DNA of 64,000 nucleotides from Schmidtea nova (lineage: Eukaryota), in contig CM097883.1 in NCBI GenBank assembly GCA_044892505.1, positions 114,142,001 to 114,206,000 of the forward strand. Direction: 5' to 3'. The translations under genes and the position numbers were made by a program. Below, piece after piece: positions 1 to 10,504 of this stretch. The notes beneath the pieces were generated by a model, which worked only from the letters and a program-made list of their open reading frames with translations, was not told where the DNA came from and did no database searches. Position 1 is the first letter of the stretch; every line of letters begins with the position of its first letter.

Positions 1-960
1 AAGAAGATGTTGTTGCACTAAATAAAATTTTATTTAATATGAATAACAATTTAAGTTGCAAGGAAACTATATGAATCAACAACCAGAAAACTCGTTTCCA
101 TGATGCTTTCCAATCTATCGAATACAAGGATCAAGAAAATTGGTTTATTACCATAATTATTCAGGGATATAAAATCGATACAAAAGATGTTATAACTCCA
201 ATTTGGAGAATTGGCAGTGCGCGATTTGCGTAAATGTTATTCAATAAATTTTACTATTATAAATTTTNNNNNNNNNNNNNNNNNNNNNNNNNNNNNNNNN
301 NNNNNNNNNNNNNNNNNNNNNNNNNNNNNNNNNNNNNNNNNNNNNNNNNNNNNNNNNNNNNNNNNNNNNNNNNNNNNNNNNNNNNNNNNNNNNNNNNNNN
401 NNNNNNNNNNNNNNNNNNNNNNNNNNNNNNNNNNNNNNNNNNNNNNNNNNNNNNNNNNNNNNNNNNNNNNNNNNNNNNNNNNNNNNNGCACGGTCATTGA
501 AATATCTTTATTAATTTTAACGATGATTATGATTATTTTGCGTAATAAAAATGATTTTCAATTATAGTTTTTCAATTGTTAGTTTTTTTATTAGACTTTT
601 TCTATAGGAGTAATTTTATTTTAATAAATATTTTATTATTATAAGTTTTNNNNNNNNNNNNNNNNNNNNNNNNNNNNNNNNNNNNNNNNNNNNNNNNNNN
701 NNNNNNNNNNNNNNNNNNNNNNNNNNNNNNNNNNNNNNNNNNNNNNNNNNNNNNNNNNNNNNNNNNNNNNNNNNNNNNNNNNNCAACAAGAGAAGAAGAA
801 CGCGCGTTCAATGCGTACTGTTATTTGTCTTAAACAACAAGAGGAGAAGATCGCGCGTTCCACGCGCGTTCAATGCGTACTGTGATCCTTATTAAACACT
901 AAGATACGTGTGCAAAAATTATTATTACAAGTTATATTTCATTAGTCTTTGTTTCGTTGT

Positions 961-1110
961 ATTTACTTTACAAAGTCTTTGTTAATTTGCACGTGCATTG
1001 CAATGGCTTTGTTAAGTTGCATCGGGATTGCAATGTCTTTGTTAAGTTGAATCGGGATTGCAATGTCTTTGTTAAGTTTCATCTGCATTGCAATGTCCTT
1101 GTTTAAATTT
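961..1110. repeat. 30-bp tandem repeat (about 4-5 copies)
   Basis: Unit like ttgcaatgtctttgttaagttgaatcggga recurs; reads as repeated MQLNKDIAI in the minus-strand ORF 963-1178. Confidence 0.8.
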
Positions 1111-1199
1111 GGGTAGGAAATTTTTAAAAATAGTGATTGAAAATTTTTCCAGACACACATACCATACTCATCTGTCAATTACCTTTTGTTTGACATACA

Positions 1200-1790
1200 T
1201 ATTATAAGGTTTTAAAATTTTAATATTTTGGAACCTTGGACCCTTCAAGGGTATGACCTTCAAACTCACCATCAAAAGTCCTATTGAATGATATGTATAT
1301 TATAATGTTTGAAAAGATTTGAAGGTTTTGCACCCCTTGAAGGTTATCGACCCACCATAAACCTTCGAGGGTATGACCATCATACTTACCTCTTAATAGC
1401 CTTTCGAATGATATATAACTTGTAAGGTTTGAAAAAATTTGAAGGTTTTGTACTCATTGAGGGTTGAGCATCCACCGTAGACCTTAAGGGTATAACCATC
1501 ATACTCACCCTTCAATTACCTTTTGTTTAATATATAACTTGTAAGGATTAAAAAAGGTTAAAGGTTTCAGAACCCTTGAATGTTGAGCACACACCATACA
1601 CCTTCGAAGGTATGACCATTGTGTGTACATCTCATTTACCTTTTGTTTGATATATAATTTGTAAGGTTTAAATATTTTTGAAGGTTTTGCACCCTTTGAA
1701 GGTTCAGGACCCTCCATAAACCTTCGAGGGTATGACCATTGTATAGACCTCTCCAAGACCTTTCGAATGGTACCCTTGTTTGAAGGTTTG
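1200..1790. repeat. ~120-bp tandem repeat (about 5 diverged copies) with internal palindrome accttcgaaggt
   Basis: Recurring tgtaaggttt...gaaggttttg...accttcgagggtatgaccat blocks at roughly 120-bp spacing (1421, 1541, 1660). Confidence 0.8.
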
Positions 1791-1824
1791 ACCCTATTTG
1801 ACCTTTCAAAATTCAAATTTAAAA

Positions 1825-2030
1825 TTTGAATTTGAAATGAGTCATCGATGACGTCATAAAATTCAAATTTGAAATGAGTCATCGATGACGTCATAAAATT
1901 CAAATTTGAAATGAGTCATCGATGACGTCATAAAATTCAACATTGAAATGAGTCATCGATGACGTCATCTCGATGAGTCATAATGACGAGTCATCGGTGA
2001 GTCATAATGATGAGTCATCAATGAGTCATA
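1825..2030. promoter_or_regulatory. 37-bp repeat array dense in AP-1 (TGAGTCA) and CRE (TGACGTCA) motifs
   Basis: TGAGTCA at 1838, 1875, 1912, 1949, 1974, 1998, 2011, 2022; TGACGTCA at 1849, 1886, 1923, 1960; function inferred. Confidence 0.6.
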
Positions 2031-2099
2031 AAAGTTTTTTTACCCCCCCCCCGGGGGCGGGAGGTATGTCTTTGTTATGACTAATTTTCTTTGTCTCCA

Positions 2100-4892
2100 G
2101 TGCGCACACATCCTCCTACTGACAGAGGTAATTAAAGATAATAAGAATGTGATGTGGACAGTAAACAAATTCATAAAAAAGGATTTGGCTGAAAGAGGAA
2201 ATTCAAATACAAACACTCACATTAGATGAATCGAAAAATAATAGTATCAGTTATGATAAAATGTAAGGCTGACCAAGTGTAACTTCTATAATACAAGATC
2301 AGAAGATGGAATGCTTTCTTGATACGGGAGTTACGGTAAATGTCATGAATTGGAACAAAATCGAGAAACTTAAAGATATAGAACTAATAACAACAACAGA
2401 CACATTAAGATGTGCTAATAATAGTGTTTTAGCAAAACTAGAAGTGAAAATAAATGTGACACCTGAAGTAATTGGGGTATAAAGTTGCAAAAGCAATTTG
2501 GTATACAGCTCAAGTGGTCAATAAAAGATGCTGAAATAATGAATGAAGATCATTAATGCAATATTGAAGCAATTTTCCGGAAGACAAACATCATTAATAT
2601 ACCTTTAGAAGAAAGAAAAGCAAGATTTCAAATTATTCCTTGACTTCAGGCAATTAAACCTTGTAACAGAGAGACAGGCGTTTACTATGCCGAATATAGC
2701 AGAGATGCTAGATAAATTGGGTGGAGCAAAGTATTTCAGTTCAGTAGATTTTGGAAATGCATGTTATCAGGTGGAATTAGAAGACGAATCAAAGTTAAAT
2801 ACGGTATTTTTAACAAAGTCAGAGATAATACAGAAATAAAACAAATAAAAAAGGAAATAATACAAGGTTCAAGTTGGAAATTTATGTTGGTAAACAATGT
2901 GGTGAAAACTAGAAATGGTAAGATATGGATACCGAGAGATAAAAGACAAGAAATGATAAAGAGCATGCATGTTTTTCTATAACACACCGGATCAGAAAAA
3001 GTAACAAAATATATTTCGGACAATTACGATATGGGATATATAAAAGAATCAGTAAAAGAAATAATTGAACAATGCGAATCGTATCAAAAAAGAGGGTGAC
3101 GACAAAGATGAGGGAAGAGTCAATAAAACTGACAGCAGAGGAACCTTGAGAGAAAGTATACGTTGACATATGTGGTCCATTACAGGAAACATTCAAAAAA
3201 AAGATATATAATCGCAATTATTGATCAATTTAGCAGATATATCTCTTTGACGGGTGTCGCTAATTAAAATGAAGAAACTGCGAAGGAAACAATACTACAG
3301 AAATTGATTCTTAGGTTTTGAATACCAAAGGAGATTTACGTAGATTGTGGAAAGGTATTGAATCTAAGATTATGAAAGATTTTCCAAATTCAATGAGAAT
3401 TACACTATGCGTTTCAAGTCCGTATCACCACAATACAAATAGTGTGATAGAACGTCAATTCAGAACGATAAGAGATTATATAAATGCATCATTAAAAGAA
3501 AGAAGTAGAGCAGATTGGGTTGAGATCATACAGGAGATTGAATTTACCATGAATGCAACGTTTCATAAATAGATTGGACGAACTTTTGCAGACGTTATAT
3601 TTGGAAGGAAAATAGCTCACGAACAATTTCACTGTAGAACGAAAGTTTCACAAAAAGAAGATATTAGAGAAAAAACACAAGAAATAACTCAGTCAAAAAT
3701 AGCATTCAATATAGACGATGAGGTATTGGTAAAAGTAGAATCAAGAACAAAAGACAAAGAAAGATACGAAGGGTCATATAGGAAAGTTCAGAAAATTTAT
3801 AGATTATTTCTAACTAAAGGTTTGCGTACTGTGCTCACGGATGGTCGACATTTTTGTTGCTCAATGTTCTTCCATTAATTGAAAAATACTAAATTTGAAT
3901 GTTTTACCTCAATGATATAAATGTAACATTTAGAACCTCACATACTCAGTTTAGTTTTCGCGATTTTTTTGTTAAGGATACCTAATTAATAAAATTAAAT
4001 AATATTCTAAAATGAATAAAATTTTAAAATTATTGGGGAAAATAGTTAGAATAAATGGTGTAATATTTTGAAATTCTGAGAAGAAATAAGAGCGAAAAAT
4101 TCAAAAATTAAAGAAATCAAACAATAAAGCAAAACTAGGTTATTTTTAATTAACATGTACAAAAGGGAAAAGAGAAAATTGAAAACAAAAACAAGAGAAA
4201 AATTCATATCTCAACAGCTTGGCAGAGATAACGAATATGTAGCGGGGAAAATTGGAAAACACAAAAATGAAAATAATCAAAAATCATTATCTTGACAGTT
4301 GTCAAAGATAATAAGGGAACCATGAAGTAAAATGAAATGTGCTGTAGGAAAGAAACAACGATCATCTATAACTATAAAAGGGAGAAACAATTGCAGATGA
4401 ATCAGATATTAAAACTTAGAAAATTTTAAAGAGATTCTAGAGAATAAATTAATTAGAGAAGAAAATTAGTGTAGAGAAATTATAGAGAAATTAGTAAAGA
4501 CTGATTGTTAAATTGAATTGTGATTATTGAGTGAATTATTGGAAAACGTGAAATCAAAGGACAATTAAAGAGAATTTAAATTAGACTTAGCAAAACAAGA
4601 ATTAGTCTAATAAGAAAACAACAGAAGATTATCTGGTAAATTACCCAATTCAAAGTACGAAAACAATCAGATCGATTTGCCAATTATTGAATCAGTGGCA
4701 ACAGTGAGTTATAATAATTCCTTATGTAGTGTTGTAATAACCACAATAGCAACCAGTGGTGTCCTTGTAATTTGTGTAACCATCTTTGATAATCAATAAA
4801 GGTTTATATAGTCTGGAAATTGCTATTTTGTTGATCAAATAAAACACGCCTGGAGTCAGGTAATTAATTGGCAATTTTAAAATTTCCTAACA
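2100..4892 (+). mobile_element. Internally deleted Ty3/gypsy retrotransposon remnant (protease, RT fragment, integrase, 3' LTR)
   Basis: FLDTGVTVNV protease (~2310); LDFRQLN...YFSSVDFGNACYQVEL RT (~2640-2810); integrase Zn region and VYVDICGP...IIDQFSRY, VIERQFRTI; many stops and frameshifts. Confidence 0.85.
4343..4892 (+). repeat. Probable 3' LTR of the gypsy remnant (start uncertain; 3970 is an alternative)
   Basis: Ends tttcctaaca, near-inverse of tgtaggaaa at 4343; AATAAA signals near the 3' end. Confidence 0.5.
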
Positions 4893-5189
4893 TCTTTTAT
4901 TGGGTTATAACTTAAATTCTGCTGCACCAGCTGATGTGATTACTTTATTCCTCATTTTAAACGAAAGAATTTACTGAGATCGTGTTTATTCTTATTGACG
5001 TTTCGGATGAGTGAAACGGAAGATTTTCCGATTAATATGTTGTGTCGGCCTGACAGGGTTATTGCATTTTATAACTTTGTCACTTATATCAGGTGACTGT
5101 CTTCAAAGATTACAGCGAAAATATTTTCCTTATCAGAAAAGATTGGTTAATCATTCTACTGCCGTGAGATAATTTCAATTATTATTATC

Positions 5190-5580
5190 AATCTTTAATA
5201 CATAACACAACAAGCAAGGCACTAAAATAATTAAAAACAAACGCCAATCCAAATATATATTTTGCACAATATATTCCAAGAACTTAATTCTCTTCATCAG
5301 GTGCTACCCAATCTTATATTCAAATATAAATCAAATAAATCGATTATTCAAACGCATTAGTATTAATTTTTAAAATAAAATATATATTTTAAATTTTATA
5401 TTATAGTCAAAAAATTTAAATCGATTAAAATTTTTAATTTAAATAAATTAATCTTAAAAATATAATATTCTTTTATTTTTACACAAAAAAATATTTTTCC
5501 ATATTTATAAACAACAGAATGATTGAAAACGAAATCCATAATCCCCAATTGAAAATGCTCGAAAACTCGAGTACAATATT
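5190..5580 (-). pseudogene. Decayed paralogue of a small membrane-protein gene (copy 1)
   Basis: Clear nucleotide similarity to 8340-8710; minus strand reads GIYCAKYIFGLALFLIILVPCLLCYVLK (TM-like). Confidence 0.45.
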
Positions 5581-6596
5581 ATTTATCAATATTATTTATT
5601 TCTTGAAATATTTACTTATTTGTGTGTAAACAATATCCATAATTGAAATTTGTAATAATAGTGCCATAAAGAATGAAATAATTTATATTTCATAAGACAA
5701 AACACATTATTCATTCGATTTTTGAGTTCGCATGTTAATCAGTGACGACATTCGGCTGATTGTAGAAATTGTGTCAGTTCCGAAGAACAGCTTGCTAAAA
5801 TGTTAGACCCTAATACTGAGAATTCTCATATTATGTATATAAAAGATAGAAATTAAAATAACTTTTATTTAGCAAGTAATTTAATTTAAATTTATGTAAT
5901 AATTTTAAAATAGTTTATAATTTTTTTATTGTTTTGTGTAAAAATGCGTATTAAGTTGATTGGCAATTAAATGTTATATAACATCTTGCTTAAAAGATGT
6001 AATTATTATAATTGTGTACATATTGAACACATTTTTGAGATTATATCACAATCACGGAATCACAACGGATGAAGATTTGTCACCAAAATGACTTTAAAAT
6101 TGAAAAATTTAAATAATTTAATGCAACATTTTTCAATAATTAAAACAAAAATTACTTTATTTCATTTAAACAAAATAAAAAAATTGATATAAATATATAA
6201 TGTTTAATTATTTTTGTTAAACTACGAATGGATTCAGTATAGGAAGTATATAAACTTTAGTTTTTTATGGTGTATTTCTACAAAACAATAGAAAAAATCA
6301 CAAGTAAAAAAAATATGCGCATAAAAAATTATAAATGGAAATGATCAGAAAAAAGTTTTTCTTGCAGTGTTTCTATTTTTCTATTCATGATTTTCATCCA
6401 ATTTCTTCACTGGTTTTTATTTATAGCTTTATGCAATCAAATGTATATTTTTTGATGAAAATTATTATGAAAAAATTAATCTAAAATTAATTATTATTTA
6501 TTATTATTTATTATTATTAATTATTATTAATTATTTAATTCACAATCGGTAATTTGAAAAAAGATGACTATTAAAAAACGAATCGTTACACGGTCA

Positions 6597-7501
6597 TTCA
6601 CTGACGTTTCTCGCCTATAATACACGTGAGTGTGACGCGTCCAGGGTTATTATTATTCATCTTTTAAAAATTTTTGGCCTTAGTCATTTAAAAATGGCTT
6701 TCAGGTAATTTTATTTATTAGGATAACTTTTAAGGTTTTTATTTTGATCTCATAATTATATGAGATCAATATACAAGCTTTTAAAGGTTGTCTATTTTCA
6801 ACAAATTTATTTTTATTTAATTTCTAAACACTCAAAGGTAAGTAAAAATTCATTTTTAACTAAAATTTATATATTAATTACATTAATCTCCAAAGATTTC
6901 AGTTTTTTGAAAACATTTGTAAAAAAATCGACGAATACGTATGAAAATAATTTTTAAATCTTTAAAGTCATCCTTATTTAATTTGTCTTCAACAGTATTT
7001 TTCATAAAACAAAATCTGTCTTGAAAAGACATTGAGGAGAAGCCATTTGATCGGTCTTTCGTAAACTGCATTTGATTTTGCCAACTTCACTTTCAATTGG
7101 GTTAAGAAAAGGGTAATATTTTCTGAAATTCTGTGAAAATAAAAATTTATTATAACTTAAATTATATAACTTACGGTGATATTTCATCATTTTCACGAAA
7201 ACTCAAGTTAAATTCCTCAAATTCATTTAAAAGAATTTTATCGGTCATTAAAATTTTCAATATTTCTGATGATCAAAATTTTGTGTAAGACTATTGAATG
7301 AAATAATAACGCATTTGAAAGTTTACATCTGTTTTTTTTCTATGTTTTGTGTTTGCGTGTGATTATGTTGTTTTCTATCTCTTTTTAACGACATAATAAA
7401 TGAGACGATTGAGTAAAACAGAAATGAATAAGGTACATGTAGGTGTGTATTTTTCTATGGCATAAGCTTACTGATTATTATAGGTGAGACGTTTCAGTGA
7501 A
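6597..7501 (-). mobile_element. IS630/Tc1-family DNA transposon relic
   Basis: Imperfect ~20-bp inverted ends (ttcactgacgtttctcgccta / taggtgagacgtttcagtgaa); YYPFLNPIESEVGKIK resembles the YSPxLNPIE transposase motif. Confidence 0.45.
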
Positions 7502-8258
7502 ACATGATGTATCAGCTTTAGAACTACTAACAATTATGATTATGTATGCATGAAATAAATCCGACGCGCAATGTCAACAGTATTGACAAGCTGGATTAGC
7601 GCGCTCGCTTAACAAAAATCACAGATTAAAAACAACCAAAGATATCGGATTCATTAATGATACAAATACAGAATGCTACTATAAATTACTTTTTTTACAA
7701 GTTTTAAGTTTAGTTCTAATGGCCTACTTTTATATTTATAATTTTTCAAATTTCAATTTAACTTTTGAAGGGTTTCAATTAAACTACTAACATGACCTCG
7801 CGGTTCCCAAGATCTCCGGAATATTTTAAGCGACCCTTGCTCCGAGGGATCGTGACCCACATTTTAAAAACCATTGCGTTAATATATTTTGTATTCGTCA
7901 ACAAATAATCATACAATAACAACAATAATAATATTAATAATAGCATTCATTTTTAGTTGAATTTTGTTGCTGTCCTTTGAAATGCTTCATTGGTTTGTGC
8001 CAATTGTATTTTTAAATGTTAAAAGTCTAATATTTAAGTATCAAGTATAGTATATAAATATTTGTTTGCGGTTTCATAGATAATTCGTTGTGAATTAAAA
8101 AGTTGAAAATATTTATTTTATTATCGTTCTCAAAATTGAATATATTTCCCATGCGAGTCACCACAGATATATTAAACAGGAAATAACAACAAATCGAGAT
8201 AATGAATCTGCATGAAAAAATTTAACTCTGCAATAAGCTATAGATAAGACTCTATTAT

Positions 8259-8825
8259 TCATATACTGTCAATTAAATGAATTAAAATTATTTGAGATAT
8301 TAGAAAATATTTTGTAACAAAATATATTAATATTATTATTAATAATAACACCAAACGGCAATGCAAATATATATATTCTGCACAATATATTTCGAGAACT
8401 TCATTCTCATCATTGGGTGCTATTAATTCTTCCATACCAATATAAACCAAATAAATTAATTTCCAAACAAATTATTAATAATTCTTTTAAAAAATGTATA
8501 TTTAATTTTATAAAATAGCCAAAAAATTTAAAACGATAAAATTATTTTTAATTTAAATAAATTAATCTTAAAAATTTTATATTCCATTTTCTTAAAAAAA
8601 TATATATTTTTTAAGAATATTTTATAAATATTCTCATATTTTTAAACAATAGTATGACTGAAAACGAAGTTCATAATCATCAATTGAAAAGGCTCTAACA
8701 CTCGAGTACAGAGAAAACGGGCAGTCTTTTCCAGGGTATGTGGCATTTAACCCTATGACGTTTGAAAAAATAATAGAGAACATTACAAAGAGCAATACAG
8801 AAATTTTCGAATCGCCAACAATCAT
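8259..8825 (-). pseudogene. Small signal-peptide/TM protein gene, disrupted (copy 2)
   Basis: MIVGDSKISVLLFVMFSIIFSNVIG signal-like N-terminus (8634-8825) and hydrophobic C-terminal piece (8259-8450). Confidence 0.45.
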
Positions 8826-9012
8826 AAAAATTAATTCATAAACAATAGAATAATAAAAACAATGAGCACGAATGTCAACCTCGTCATTAAATCGAAATAC
8901 TGGTTTGACAGTATAATGGTTTTATATTGCGAAATCAGTATATAGATTTAATAACGAAGTTGACAATCGTGCTCATTATTTTTCTTATTCTTTTGTTTAT
9001 GAATAATTTGGT

Positions 9013-9201
9013 GTGATTTTTAGCGATTCGAAAATTTCTCTATTGCTCTTTGTACTGTTCTCGTTTTTTTCAAACATCATGGTGAAATGCCACATACCTT
9101 GTATTAGAGTTTTAGAGCACAGTCAATTAATACATTCATACATGTCTTTGTTGCACGTGTGTCTTTGTTACATGTTTCTGTCATATGTAAATTATACATG
9201 A
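9013..9201 (+). pseudogene. Head-to-head inverted duplicate of the 5' part of the same gene (copy 3)
   Basis: MIFSDSKISLLLFVLFSFFSNI parallels MIVGDSKISVLLFVMFSIIFSNV; upstream sequences form an inverted repeat. Confidence 0.5.
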
Positions 9202-10504
9202 ATGTTTATTTTGTTGAAATGAAACTGTTTATGTAATGCATGTTTTGTTGTAATTAATTGATGCATGCTTATTTATTATTGAAATTGTCTTTATTTATAA
9301 AAATTACTATTAAAGCTATTTCATTTCAAAAACTAAATAAAAATTGTTTAAAACTTATTTAAAACTTAAAAAATAACTCAATAACAAAATAAAAAACTAA
9401 ATGAGAAAACTAAAATAACAATGATAAAACATTTATTAAATTAAATGATAGCACATAAAATGAACATTAAATAAAAAAAATTATTATTATTATTGAAAAG
9501 TTTATTTTGTTGTTAAGGTTTACCAATAAGAATTTGTAAGAACCCAAAAGAGTCTCTCAAAACTTGTTGTGGGGACAGTTGGGATGCCTACTTATGTAGT
9601 GTTTACAAAAATATTAATAAAATTCAACAAGGAACGAATCACAAACAAACTTATATAAACTATTATATTATTATAAAAATTGTAACTAAAGTAATTTAAC
9701 GATCCAAAACCTCGAAAAGTTACTTTATTATTATTATCCAATCTGTTCAATAGCTTCTGTTAGAATTCAATCTGTTATAGTGAGAATAGCTTGATATAGT
9801 TGTAGATAAAATTTTCTGAAATTGTCTGTTCAATTCAATTTGTTCACTGTAGAAGATAATTGAATCTTTGTTAATATGCCCGAAATGTCTTCTTCAGTTG
9901 TAATATCTTAATATGGGTGGAAATTGGAAATTGGAAAAATATATAGAATTTGATTAATCTTCTGCGTAAATTAAATTGACTGGAATTTTCTTTAAGCTTG
10001 TAATTTCTAATTTCTAGTTATTTGATCAATTTTCTTTCTTTGTCTTGACAATTTCTTTTGGTTTTGGTTTCTTTGGGTAAAATTTCTAATCTTCTATTTG
10101 CTTAATTTGTAATTTGGCTTTAATCCTCCTTTAATTTCTCCACCAAATGTTTCCAACTATATTCAGTTTTTAATTTAACAAAACATCGATTTCCTTAATT
10201 TGTAATTTGGCTTACTATAGCATTTGCTATAGTAAGCCAAATTCAAATTTTAAATTCAAATTCAAATTAAAATAATACCCTCAATGCACACAAATAAAAG
10301 GGGGGGGGGTCTCCTGTGCCCGCAAGGACGTCCTTATTGATGAAGCAGCGGTCATGACAATAACAACGACAACAAAGGTGATAACCACAATAAAAGTAAC
10401 CGTAATAAAAATATACAGCATTAACAATTATCCTTCTACAATCTCTGAATCAACAAATTTTCTATGACAGTCATCACAATCTAGAGAATTAGGCGATTAA
10501 ATAG

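Noticed and set aside
211-863. ORF-track entries spanning N runs (also 20493-20793, 30508-30788, 32222-32953, 46633-47150)
   Set aside because: Artefacts of translating assembly gaps
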